A stretch of DNA of 64,000 bases from an uncultured Planctomycetales bacterium (lineage in GTDB: Bacteria > Omnitrophota > Gorgyraeia > Gygaellales > JAHJCI01), in NCBI GenBank assembly GCA_964592485.1, contig CAZQEY010000001.1, positions 95,935 to 159,934 on the forward strand. The letters run 5' to 3'. Below the pieces are notes generated by a model that saw only the letters and a program-made list of their open reading frames with translations, was not told the origin of the DNA and searched no databases. The position numbers and the translations under genes were made by a program. Shown piece by piece: positions 30,294-40,209 of this stretch (position 1 is its first letter; every line of letters begins with the position of its first letter).

Positions 30294-31457
30294 TTAATTT
30301 GTTATCCTCAAGTCACAAAATCGTTTTGCCTTCAATCTTTCTAAGTCAACATTAGCAAGAATAGATACAATATGTTCACTGGCTTTTCCATCACCGTGCA
30401 AATTTTTAATATCTCCTAAAGATATCCGGAATTCTTCGCTAAGGGCTTTCTTAATACCTTCAATAATCTCTAAAGACGCGTATCCCACATCAATGACGTT
30501 TTTGCTGCGTATCCGGCCTTCCTGGCGCGTCCCAATATTTACCACCGGCAATTTAAAAGATGCTGCTTCAATAATGCCGCTGGAAGAGTTACCAATCATA
30601 ACCACGCTATGTTGCATCATACTTAAGTATCCCTGCTGGCCAAAGTTATCCACATAGAATGTATTGGGGTGGATACTTACAAATGATTTGATTTCACGGA
30701 TTATAATCTTATAACCAGTATCAGCATTAGGAGAAGTAAAAACAATATTATAATCATTGAATATTTCCAAAGCATCTAAAAGATTAGAGATATAGGTCTG
30801 TGTGTTATTATATTCCAGCGTTATGGGATGAAAAGTAATTAGGAAAACAGGTTTCGAAAGATTGATTTTAAATCTTGTTTCCAACTCTTCTTTTAAATAT
30901 ATTGGGAGATTCAAAACATTATCCAATCCAGGAGCCCCTGAAACAATAATACGCCAGGGCTCCTCTCCCATCTGTCGTAAGCGTTGGGCATATGCATTAG
31001 TAGAAACAAAATGAATATGGCTCAATTTAGTAAGAGAATGGCGAAATTGTTCATCAAAGGCACCGTAAGTAATCTCGCCTCCGTGTATATGAGCAATAGG
31101 TATATTAAAAGGAATAGCTGCTATTGCAGCACAATGCATTTCAAAGCGATCGCCCAACACAACTAATATATCTGGTGGATTATCACGAAATATTTTTGCA
31201 AAGCCAGCTGTGCCAACTCCCATTGCCCGAGCAATACCATAAGGAGAATCTAAGGAAGACAATATCTCTACACGTTGCTTTATTGAGAAACCATCATCTT
31301 GGATTATTTTCACTGTATTGCCAAAATCATCTGATAAGTGCATACCAGTAACATAAAGTGACAATTCTAAGTCTGGGTGAGCAGCAATCCTTTTCAATAT
31401 CGGAAAATAAAGCCCGTAATCACACCTGCCACTAGTTACAATGCCAATCCTTCTCAT
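30294..31457 (-). CDS. neuC: Hydrolysing NDP-diacetamido-sugar 2-epimerase (NeuC/LegG)
   Basis: GRCDYG, TGMHLS, LGDRFE, HIHGGE, GNSSSGIIEA. Confidence 0.93.
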   Translation of the reverse strand: MRRIGIVTSGRCDYGLYFPILKRIAAHPDLELSLYVTGMHLSDDFGNTVKIIQDDGFSIKQRVEILSSLDSPYGIARAMGVGTAGFAKIFRDNPPDILVVLGDRFEMHCAAIAAIPFNIPIAHIHGGEITYGAFDEQFRHSLTKLSHIHFVSTNAYAQRLRQMGEEPWRIIVSGAPGLDNVLNLPIYLKEELETRFKINLSKPVFLITFHPITLEYNNTQTYISNLLDALEIFNDYNIVFTSPNADTGYKIIIREIKSFVSIHPNTFYVDNFGQQGYLSMMQHSVVMIGNSSSGIIEAASFKLPVVNIGTRQEGRIRSKNVIDVGYASLEIIEGIKKALSEEFRISLGDIKNLHGDGKASEHIVSILANVDLERLKAKRFCDLRITN

Positions 31458-32509
31458 AGCAACATATCCAAGGATATAAGCTTGCCTTTTGGTATATCAA
31501 CCCTTGCTTTACGACCAAGCACAGAAAACAGCATATTGGAAGGTGACAAGCCAGTTCCTGGCCGTTTAATTGCAATTAGTTCCTTTTCTAACACTGTCCC
31601 AGCCTTAATTTCACAGGCAGCAACTAAACTCTTGCGTACGACAGCGGCAATCTTACTTTCGCACATTTTCGGCTTTTTACAACCATCACCTAAAGCAACT
31701 TCTATTCTACGGATACTGCGCACCAACAACTTCAACTCATCTGGCTCAATAGAGCTCTTGTGGTCAGGACCAAGTAAACTACGATCTAAGGTAAAATGCT
31801 TCTCAATCACGCCTGCCCCTAAGGCTACAGCGGCAACCGCAATATCAATTCCCAGAGTATGATCAGAGTATCCCACTGGGAGATTAAATGCCTCTCTCAT
31901 CGTTTGTATGGCTCGCAAATTAACATCTTCTGGTTGAGTAGGATAGTTGCTCACACAATGCAACAGGACAATATCTTGATTACCCGACTCATTAATTGCC
32001 TTTATTGCCATTCCCACCTCTTCTAAAGTCGACATTCCTGTTGAAAGAATTATTGGTTTTCCCTTACGAGCAATATGAGTCAATAACGGAATATTTGTAA
32101 TCTCACCAGAGGCAATTTTAAACACCTCAACTCCCAACTCTTGCAGAAAATCTGCACTCTCCTCATCAAATGGCGTAGACATAAAGACAATTTCCTTCTC
32201 TCTGCAGTAAGCATATAAGTTCCAGTGGTCATCTCTGGAGAGTTCCAATCGTTGCAACATTTCCAATTGCGACTCAGAACTACCAGTGGTTTCCATCTGA
32301 TAATCAGCCTTATGAGCCCAAGGAGTCACAAGCCGTTCTGCCTTAAATGTTTGGAATTTAACCGCATCTGCTCCTGCCTGTTCAGCAACATCGACTAATT
32401 GATTTGCCATCTTAAGATCGCCATTGTGGTTAATGCCAGCTTCAGCAATAATAAACACACGCTGCGAATCTATAACCCTATTCCACACACTGCCTACCAT
32501 ACTGTCCAC
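31454..32509 (-). CDS. neuB: Nonulosonic acid synthase (NeuB/LegI)
   Basis: IIAEAGINHNG, KFQT, YSDHT, IEKHFTLD, C-terminal AFP-like domain (KRPGTG). Confidence 0.93.
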   Translation of the reverse strand: MDSMVGSVWNRVIDSQRVFIIAEAGINHNGDLKMANQLVDVAEQAGADAVKFQTFKAERLVTPWAHKADYQMETTGSSESQLEMLQRLELSRDDHWNLYAYCREKEIVFMSTPFDEESADFLQELGVEVFKIASGEITNIPLLTHIARKGKPIILSTGMSTLEEVGMAIKAINESGNQDIVLLHCVSNYPTQPEDVNLRAIQTMREAFNLPVGYSDHTLGIDIAVAAVALGAGVIEKHFTLDRSLLGPDHKSSIEPDELKLLVRSIRRIEVALGDGCKKPKMCESKIAAVVRKSLVAACEIKAGTVLEKELIAIKRPGTGLSPSNMLFSVLGRKARVDIPKGKLISLDMLL

Positions 32510-33297
32510 CCCCCATCCACAACTAGGTTATGGCCTGTTACATATGTGGAAAGGTCGCTGGCAAGATATACAACAGCACCTTTTATATCCTCTTCAGTTG
32601 CCATACGTTGTAACGGTGTGCGATTAATATAACGTGACAAAAATGGCTCCTTATGATTTCTCATTACGCCTCCAATAGTAATTGCATTAACTCGAACTGC
32701 TGGAGCAAGCACTGCTGCCAGCCAACGCGTAAGCTGAAGCAAACCTCCTTTACTTGTACTGTAGGCTGCAGGATTGCCCAAATTAGTATCCTCATACAAC
32801 CGCATATCAGGAGCAACCATTCCATAAATTGAGCCAATATTAATAACTGACCCTTTGCCCGAAGCGCGTAAAGCCTTCTCGCAGCTCTGCACAAGAACAA
32901 ATATCGATGTTAGATTTACTTCCAAAACCTTTTGCCAAGTTTGTACGGATTGCTCCTGAAAACGAACATTCCATCCCTTCAAATCAGACTCACCTACAAA
33001 AGCTGCGCAATTCACAAGAATATCCAATCTCCCAAATTTTTCCAATACTTTGGTACAAACCTTCTTCACTTCATCAACTTTAGCTAAATCTATCAGAAGT
33101 GGCATAACTTCAACATTATATACCTTCTGAATACTCTCTACCTTCTCAAAACAAGCCTTTTTATTGCAATCAAGCAACACAACACAGGCTCCGACTTCTG
33201 CCACTGCTTCTGCCATGATAGAACCGATATGCCCGGCTCCTCCAGTAATTAACGCAACTCTTCCCTCTAAACTCATCAATTCCTGAACAGATCTCAT
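32494..33297 (-). CDS. SDR oxidoreductase (PtmA/ElaC-like)
   Basis: TGGAGHIG, SIYGMVAPD, YSTSKGG, VVDGGWT. Confidence 0.88.
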   Translation of the reverse strand: MRSVQELMSLEGRVALITGGAGHIGSIMAEAVAEVGACVVLLDCNKKACFEKVESIQKVYNVEVMPLLIDLAKVDEVKKVCTKVLEKFGRLDILVNCAAFVGESDLKGWNVRFQEQSVQTWQKVLEVNLTSIFVLVQSCEKALRASGKGSVINIGSIYGMVAPDMRLYEDTNLGNPAAYSTSKGGLLQLTRWLAAVLAPAVRVNAITIGGVMRNHKEPFLSRYINRTPLQRMATEEDIKGAVVYLASDLSTYVTGHNLVVDGGWTVW

Positions 33298-34004
33298 TAA
33301 TTCCTCTCCTTCTTTCTTATTAAAAATTCAGCAATTTCCAAATCCAAAGAAGTATCAATATCCAATGCCCTATACGCAGGAACTATTACTGCCTTTACCT
33401 TTCCTGCAAACAACGATGACATTTGGCAAACATATGAAGCACGTGCAGCATACGCAACAGTAGTCATATCATATACCAGAGGAGCATCCTGACGCCGATT
33501 AATAATAGTTTGTGATTGAATAACCAGCTGCGCATTATCTTCGTCATCAAGAGTAACCATATTAAAATACGGATTGCGCCCTGCTTCTTTTACCGTGATA
33601 ACAATATCGGCATCACTATTTAATAACCGCTCAATACAGGCCTGAACATCTTCAACTGCACGCAAAGGAGATGTGGGAGGAATAGATACTAACACATCAA
33701 CTTTATTTCCTGTTTGTTTTTCAATCGTCTCAACTGCATGCCTCCAGGCCAGTAGTACAGATGCATCATCAGTGGATAATTGCGCAGGTCTCCTAAAGGG
33801 AACTTCGGCACCATAGCGTTGTGCAATTGCCGCGATTTCCTCATCATCCGTAGAAACGATAAGCTTATCAATCAAAGAGACAGCACGACCAACTTCAATC
33901 GCATAGGCAATGAGTGGCTTACCAGCTAATTCTTTAATATTCTTACATGGTAGGCCCCTGGAGCCTCCACGCGCAAAAATTGCACCCAACACATAAGGTT
34001 TCAT
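33297..34004 (-). CDS. CMP-nonulosonate synthetase (LegF/PtmB)
   Basis: FARGGSRGLPCKN, VSTD, PPTSPLR, DIDT. Confidence 0.92.
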   Translation of the reverse strand: MKPYVLGAIFARGGSRGLPCKNIKELAGKPLIAYAIEVGRAVSLIDKLIVSTDDEEIAAIAQRYGAEVPFRRPAQLSTDDASVLLAWRHAVETIEKQTGNKVDVLVSIPPTSPLRAVEDVQACIERLLNSDADIVITVKEAGRNPYFNMVTLDDEDNAQLVIQSQTIINRRQDAPLVYDMTTVAYAARASYVCQMSSLFAGKVKAVIVPAYRALDIDTSLDLEIAEFLIRKKERN

Positions 34005-35005
34005 AATGAAATTACTTCGTGAGTTTCTGCCGAATGTCGCGCTGCATTTATCATCCTAACCACACGCCTAGCCTCGTCTATTGATACCAACGGCTCTTGA
34101 TTATTAGCGACACATTGAAAAAAGTGCTTCAACTCTGTTTTGTACATCTCGTTCCTGTCTAATTTACCTGGTGTGCACAAATCAGTCCAATTACCAGTAT
34201 CAACAGAATACAGTTGCACGCGATTATCGCCATCGAAATTCCACACCACTGTTCCTTTGGTCCCAACCACACGGCAGGAGCGGTTCGCTGCATAGTCTAT
34301 CATATCAAGATGAATATTACCTAAAGCGCCGTTCTCAAACCTCAAACAAATTTCAGCTATATCCTCAACATCAATCTCCAAATCACTAACCTTACCCAGC
34401 AAAGCGCGTATCTGGGTCACCTCACCCGCTAACCACCGCACATAATCTAACTCATGACTCAACTCAAACAAAACACCGCCACCTAAATCTTTACGTGCGC
34501 TAACTTTATCTTGATAATTCTCTCCAGGACGCCAATTTAACAGATTCTGCCCAACAGATGCCTTAACCGACAAAACTCTTCCTATACAACCCTGCTCCAA
34601 TGCTTTTTTTAAAATTTTAATCGGCTCAAAGAATCGTAATACATATCCAATCATTACTACAAGCTTACGCCTCCTTGACTCTTGCAATAATTCATCTAAG
34701 CCATCATCATTAACTGATAATGGTTTTTCAATAAACAAATGGCTATCTTGTTTGGCAAACATTAACGCTGTCTGGCAATGCATTGTAACAGGATTCGTTA
34801 TAAAAGTAACACTGGGTTTCCATCTTAGCGCATCATCCTGAGAAAAAAACACATTCTCTACTAATGGCTGTAATTCACCCAAAGCAGCTTCTTGAGAAAA
34901 CTGTCTGTAAACTGCTATCTGAATGTTGGCATCAATACTCTTTATGTTCTTAATGTGCCGATTCGCTATACTTCCCAACCCCACAACTAAGATTTTCATA
35001 CTCAT
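34001..35005 (-). CDS. Gfo/Idh/MocA oxidoreductase (PtmF/ElaA-like)
   Basis: GLGSIA, FIEKP, GGGVLFELSHELD. Confidence 0.9.
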   Translation of the reverse strand: MSMKILVVGLGSIANRHIKNIKSIDANIQIAVYRQFSQEAALGELQPLVENVFFSQDDALRWKPSVTFITNPVTMHCQTALMFAKQDSHLFIEKPLSVNDDGLDELLQESRRRKLVVMIGYVLRFFEPIKILKKALEQGCIGRVLSVKASVGQNLLNWRPGENYQDKVSARKDLGGGVLFELSHELDYVRWLAGEVTQIRALLGKVSDLEIDVEDIAEICLRFENGALGNIHLDMIDYAANRSCRVVGTKGTVVWNFDGDNRVQLYSVDTGNWTDLCTPGKLDRNEMYKTELKHFFQCVANNQEPLVSIDEARRVVRMINAARHSAETHEVISL

Positions 35006-35074
35006 ACCGTTTTGCTTCTGAATACTCGCAGAGCTATTGTAGACACTGCAGTCGCCAAATGCATATGCGGCTCT

Positions 35075-36571
35075 TTAATCATTTTTTTCATACTCCTGCA
35101 AATATTTTATTAGTTCAGGGAATACCCTTTGTGCAAGTTGTTCGTCTTTCTCACATTTTTCAAGGATAGGAAAAAATTGTTCTGGAAGTTTAGTGTAAAA
35201 TGAAAAGGTTCTTACTAAACCGTTGATTTCATCTCTATTTAAATGAGGTGAATCTAAATTTGCTTTGACACTGCTATAATCTGGAGTTTCTTTTAAGAGC
35301 CCAAACTCCTTTGTAATTTCCGCCAAGCGTGTTTTTGGATACGGATTATAAGCCGCCACAGAAGAAGTGGCTGGCTTAACTTTTCGGTTCAGATGAATAG
35401 TATCAAATACCATCTGCCTTGTTTCAAAGGGTAGTCCTATCATATTATAAGCCGACACTCTTATACCGCTTCTCTTTACAATCTCGTATTTTTTAATAAT
35501 TTCCCCATCAGATATATCTCTATTAAGGACATATTTCCTTACCCAAGGATTCCCACTTTCAATAGCCATTGCCATTGTGATGCAACCCATTTCTTTAAGA
35601 CAATCTACTTTTTCTTCTGTCACTGTTCGTGTTCCAGCGTAAACAATAAAAGGTAAACCGACTTCTTTCTTATAAAGCTTAGCTAATTCTCTTAAATAAC
35701 TAACCGGGAATATTGTAAAATCTTCATCCCAAAATCTAATTGCATTAAATTGATATCTGTCCTTTAATTCTTTAAGCTGCCTTACGGCTACTCTCGGGCT
35801 TTTTCGTCTGTGATAACTCCCACATCCGCTAAATAGTTCCTGTAAGAAATGATTTGAACAGTAGGAACACTTGAATACACATCCTCGACTAATCTCGGTA
35901 TTCATCATCTTGTATATCTTGCCATCAAGAGGACGATAAAAATCATATTCACAAAAATCAGAGAAATCCTGAGCCGGAAGAGTATCTAAATCCTTTAAAT
36001 TTCGCAGTGGATTTTTGTAAATAGTCTCTGGGTTCTTTTTATCTTTTATCCATAAATTTTTAATTTTATTTATGGGCTTCTTCTGGAACTTCTCACAAAG
36101 TTCAACCAGTGCATCTTCGCCTTCACCAACACAAATAATGTCGATGGATCCCTCCTTAATAACTTCGTCAGAACAAATCGTTGGATGAATTCCGCCAATA
36201 ATAATAGTATTTTCCGGAAAATGTTTCTTAATGATTCTACTGCATTTTAAGCCTAGGGGATAAGTACCAGATGTAGTAGTTATACCAACAATATCAGCTT
36301 TGAACTCATCCATAGTATGAACTAAATCTTCCTCGAGAGATTCTATCGCTTTGCGCGGCGCAGGAGTAATTGGTGGAGGTGGAGCGGGTTTAAACATCCC
36401 AAATGATTCCTTAATCGATTGTAAATTTACCTGGGGAACATATTCTGAACAATCAAAAACTGCTACAGAATGACCTTCGGCTCTCAATACAGCACTCAAT
36501 GTAGTTAGGGCTATGGGGATATCTCCGTGTTCGTGAATTTGGGGATAAATAAATAATACTCTCATACGCAA
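35075..36571 (-). CDS. Cobalamin-binding radical SAM protein
   Basis: GGIHPT, GEGE, SRGCVFKCSYC, WDEDF, IESG. Confidence 0.93.
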   Translation of the reverse strand: MRMRVLFIYPQIHEHGDIPIALTTLSAVLRAEGHSVAVFDCSEYVPQVNLQSIKESFGMFKPAPPPPITPAPRKAIESLEEDLVHTMDEFKADIVGITTTSGTYPLGLKCSRIIKKHFPENTIIIGGIHPTICSDEVIKEGSIDIICVGEGEDALVELCEKFQKKPINKIKNLWIKDKKNPETIYKNPLRNLKDLDTLPAQDFSDFCEYDFYRPLDGKIYKMMNTEISRGCVFKCSYCSNHFLQELFSGCGSYHRRKSPRVAVRQLKELKDRYQFNAIRFWDEDFTIFPVSYLRELAKLYKKEVGLPFIVYAGTRTVTEEKVDCLKEMGCITMAMAIESGNPWVRKYVLNRDISDGEIIKKYEIVKRSGIRVSAYNMIGLPFETRQMVFDTIHLNRKVKPATSSVAAYNPYPKTRLAEITKEFGLLKETPDYSSVKANLDSPHLNRDEINGLVRTFSFYTKLPEQFFPILEKCEKDEQLAQRVFPELIKYLQEYEKND

Positions 36572-36599
36572 GTGTATTCTATTTAGATAATTAATAATG

Positions 36600-37775
36600 C
36601 TAACTAAAAAAGGTCTTTATATTCTCTACAACGAAATTTACTTCTTCTTCTTTTAAATTAACACTACAGGGCAAATTGATACAACAATTATATGCCTGCA
36701 CAGCCTGCTTAACGCCATAACTTTGAAACTGGTTGTACATCGGTAAAGTATGCATCAACTTCCATATCGCCCTGACTTGAATTTCTCTTGCAATAAGATA
36801 TTCTATCAAGGCTATTCTGTATTTCTGCGGCACTTTTATAGTATAAAACCAGAAATTACTCTTTGCCCATGATTCCTCCCATAAGAACTCAATTTCATGC
36901 AACCCTGATAATAACTCCCTGTATAGAATAGCATTATTCCTTTTAATAGCTAAGAAATCGTGTAATCTTTCCATTTGGGCAACACCCAAAGCTGCTTGTA
37001 TGTTAGTAAGACGATAATTATAACCGATCTCATCATGCTCCTGTTCATAAACATGTTCCCGTTTTGCCTGTGTTGTTAGATGCCTAATCCGTTGTGCTAA
37101 ACACTGATCATCTGTAACTACCATCCCTCCGCCGCCTGTGGTTATAATTTTGTTTCCGTTAAAAGAGAAACAACCAACTTCTCCTATTGAACCTGTCTTT
37201 TTTCCTTTATATTCGGAGCCAAGACTTTCAGTAGCATCTTCAATTATAGTAATATTATATTTCTGAGATATTTCTAATAATGAGTTCATATCTACAGGAT
37301 GACCAAATATATGTACTGGGATAATTGCCTTTATTCTTCTACAAGTCTTTTTGTTATAAGCATATCCTTCCTTAGTACGTCTACACTCATTGACTAAAAA
37401 ATCAGCCACCTTTTGGATATCCATACATAGTGTTTTAATATTACAGTCCATAAAGACAGGGCTTGCCCCACAATATCTAATGGCATTTACTGGCGCAATA
37501 AAGGTAAGTGTGGGAACGATAACCTCATCATTAGGCTTAACTCCACATGCCATAAGACTTACGTGCAGCGCGGCTGTACCATTCACTGTAGCAACAGCAT
37601 ATTTAGCCCCTACATAATCGGCTACAAGATGTTCTATATTATTAACAAAAGTACCGGCTGAAGAAACCCAACCCGTATCAAGACACTCTTTTAAGTATTT
37701 CCATTCATTACCTGATATTTCTGGTTCCGATAAAGGGATTATATGTTTAATTGCAATATTAGACATTATAGACAT
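36600..37775 (-). CDS. legC: LegC-family PLP-dependent sugar aminotransferase
   Basis: PLSEP, GWVSS, NGTAALH, EDATESLGS, SFNGNKIITTGGGG. Confidence 0.92.
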   Translation of the reverse strand: MSIMSNIAIKHIIPLSEPEISGNEWKYLKECLDTGWVSSAGTFVNNIEHLVADYVGAKYAVATVNGTAALHVSLMACGVKPNDEVIVPTLTFIAPVNAIRYCGASPVFMDCNIKTLCMDIQKVADFLVNECRRTKEGYAYNKKTCRRIKAIIPVHIFGHPVDMNSLLEISQKYNITIIEDATESLGSEYKGKKTGSIGEVGCFSFNGNKIITTGGGGMVVTDDQCLAQRIRHLTTQAKREHVYEQEHDEIGYNYRLTNIQAALGVAQMERLHDFLAIKRNNAILYRELLSGLHEIEFLWEESWAKSNFWFYTIKVPQKYRIALIEYLIAREIQVRAIWKLMHTLPMYNQFQSYGVKQAVQAYNCCINLPCSVNLKEEEVNFVVENIKTFFS

Positions 37776-38757
37776 CCCATTTATATCTATTAAGATTTTC
37801 TTTATGTTTAAACCATTTTATGGTTTCCAGAAGTCCTTCTTGTAAAGAAACTTTGGGCTTCCAATTGGTCAACTTTCTTATCAATCTATTGTCACACACC
37901 AAACGTTTGACTTCACTTCTACCTGGTCTTTTTCTTGCGACTTCACAAGTAATTCTTGCTTTAGGTTTTATCTGTTTTATTATTAGTCCTGCGAGGTCGC
38001 CGATAGTTGTCTCCTGACCTGATCCAATATTAACTACCTTACCAATAGCTTTATCGCATTTAACAAGAGCCATTAACCCTTCACAAATATCCTGTACGTA
38101 GTTAAAATCTCTTGTTGGGAAAAGTGAACCAAGTCTTATTTCGTTGTTTTCATTTAATAGCTGAGTAATTATAGTAGGAATAACTGCTCTTGCAGACTGC
38201 CGTGGACCGTATGTATTAAATGGCCTGGCAATTACCACCGGCAACCCAAAGGATCTATAGAAACTCTCTGCTACAGCATCAGCAGCGATTTTCGAGGCAG
38301 AATACGGAGATTGAGGCTGTAGCGGATGTTTCTCATCTATAGGAACATACTTGGCTGTGCCGTATACTTCAGATGTAGATGTAACAACTACCCGCTTAAT
38401 ATTATAATCGCGGCAGGCTTGCAGAATATTTAAAATACCTTTAATATTTGTATTCACATAAGAATCGGGGGAATGATAAGAAAACGGTATCCCTATTAAA
38501 GCTGCTAAATGAAAAACTACATCTATATCCTTTATTGCTCTTCTAACACCGTTATTATCCCGGATATCACCAGTAAAAACCTCTATTTTGTTTAATTTAT
38601 CCTTTGGAAAGGTATCAAGCCATCCCCAAGAATTAAAAGAATTATAATAAACAAAGGCTTTAACATTACAATTGGCCTTAAGTAAACTCTCTACTAAATG
38701 ACTGCCAATAAATCCACAAGCACCGGTAACTAAAATCCTTTTGCCTTTTAACTCCAT
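37759..38757 (-). CDS. legB: LegB-type NDP-GlcNAc 4,6-dehydratase
   Basis: YYNSFNSWGWLD, LAALIGIPFSY, TSTSEVYG, YSASK, GPRQSARAVIPT. Confidence 0.9.
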   Translation of the reverse strand: MELKGKRILVTGACGFIGSHLVESLLKANCNVKAFVYYNSFNSWGWLDTFPKDKLNKIEVFTGDIRDNNGVRRAIKDIDVVFHLAALIGIPFSYHSPDSYVNTNIKGILNILQACRDYNIKRVVVTSTSEVYGTAKYVPIDEKHPLQPQSPYSASKIAADAVAESFYRSFGLPVVIARPFNTYGPRQSARAVIPTIITQLLNENNEIRLGSLFPTRDFNYVQDICEGLMALVKCDKAIGKVVNIGSGQETTIGDLAGLIIKQIKPKARITCEVARKRPGRSEVKRLVCDNRLIRKLTNWKPKVSLQEGLLETIKWFKHKENLNRYKWDVYNV

Positions 38758-38772
38758 TTCTAATCCCTGTGA

Positions 38773-40209
38773 TTATTCTCCTTCTCGCTTATAATGCCTG
38801 GAGCCTCTAAACTTGTAATCTCCTTTAAAATATAAATTATAAAACTGATCAATCAGAACTTCAGTTTGGTTCACATCTTGATTTGTGTGTTTATAATAGT
38901 CTTCAATAAGTTCTTTATTGGCCTCGAATAAACACTCATAGAATCTTTTTTCTGAGATTTCTGTAAAATTAATTGTTAATAAATCTGAATTCTTGAATCG
39001 CTCAAAGAACTCCTCTGGGCCCGATAACAACCCTCTATCTATAGCCTCATAATATAAATCACAACCCGGATAAGGCGTAACTGGTCTTATAGTCCTAATT
39101 TGATTATAGGTATTATATTTCTTTATAAACGCGACATTATCCTTAAGAACCTCCTCAGTATCTCCTTTATTACCCCATAAAAAATTCAATCCCATTCCAA
39201 TGCCCACTTTTTTTGTAAGTTCTGCGGCTTTAATGTTCTGTTCCACTGTGGACTTTTTATTCATAAGGTCCAATACTCTTTGGCTTGAAGACTCCATACC
39301 AAAGTTAAGAAATGTACAACCGCAATCCTTTAACATCTCCAGCAAATCTTCATTCAGTACATCTACTCTAGCATTACAATCAAACTTTATTTTGAGATTA
39401 TTGGCCTTGAGAGAATCCTTAAGTTCTTTTATGCGTTTTTTTGAAAAAATAAATAATTCATCGGATAAAGAAAAATAAGTTATTCCAAAATCATTGTTTA
39501 ATACCTTCATCTCTTCAATAATACTTTCAATACTCCTGAGTCTAATGCCTTTCTCAATTCTATAACAAAAATTACATTTGCCAACGCAACCCCTGCTTGT
39601 CAAGAAACTTATATACCTATCGGTCTTTTCGTGATGAAAAAGTTTAATACAGGTAGCGTAATTATCAACTGGAAATAAGTTCCACTCAGGAAAAGGAATA
39701 TTATTTAAATTTTTAATGGGTTCTCGTCTCTCATTAATATAGCACCTACCGTTTTCTTTATATGCAATCCCTTTAATTTTAGAAAGCTTGCGCCCCCCGG
39801 CTATCTTGCAATGCAACAGTTCAACAATCGTCTCTTCTGCTTCTCCAATAGCTATAATATCTGCTTTGGTTTTATCTAGTATATATTCTGGGATAGGTGA
39901 GGGCCCATGGCCGCCTAACACCAAGTAAGCATTCTTTTTGCACTCATTTATAACCTTGCATAAATCAAGGATGGTTTCCTTAAATCTTGCTGCCATAAAA
40001 CCAATACCGATTAAATCAAACTCGTTCTCTAACAAAAACTTTGATAATTCTTCATTCGAATAATGAAAAACATCCTGCGAATATACAGTTACTTGGGCTC
40101 CCTCTTTTTTTAATACCGAGGCCAAATACCCTATACCCAGAGGAAATACGTTATCATCCTGATAAACATCATGAACTATTAAGAGTACTCTACCTAATTC
40201 TTTCTCCAT
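38773..40209 (-). CDS. Cobalamin-binding radical SAM protein
   Basis: FPLGIGY, GGHGPS, GEAE, SRGCVGKCNFC, GMES; start reassigned to 40209. Confidence 0.92.
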   Translation of the reverse strand: MEKELGRVLLIVHDVYQDDNVFPLGIGYLASVLKKEGAQVTVYSQDVFHYSNEELSKFLLENEFDLIGIGFMAARFKETILDLCKVINECKKNAYLVLGGHGPSPIPEYILDKTKADIIAIGEAEETIVELLHCKIAGGRKLSKIKGIAYKENGRCYINERREPIKNLNNIPFPEWNLFPVDNYATCIKLFHHEKTDRYISFLTSRGCVGKCNFCYRIEKGIRLRSIESIIEEMKVLNNDFGITYFSLSDELFIFSKKRIKELKDSLKANNLKIKFDCNARVDVLNEDLLEMLKDCGCTFLNFGMESSSQRVLDLMNKKSTVEQNIKAAELTKKVGIGMGLNFLWGNKGDTEEVLKDNVAFIKKYNTYNQIRTIRPVTPYPGCDLYYEAIDRGLLSGPEEFFERFKNSDLLTINFTEISEKRFYECLFEANKELIEDYYKHTNQDVNQTEVLIDQFYNLYFKGDYKFRGSRHYKREGE

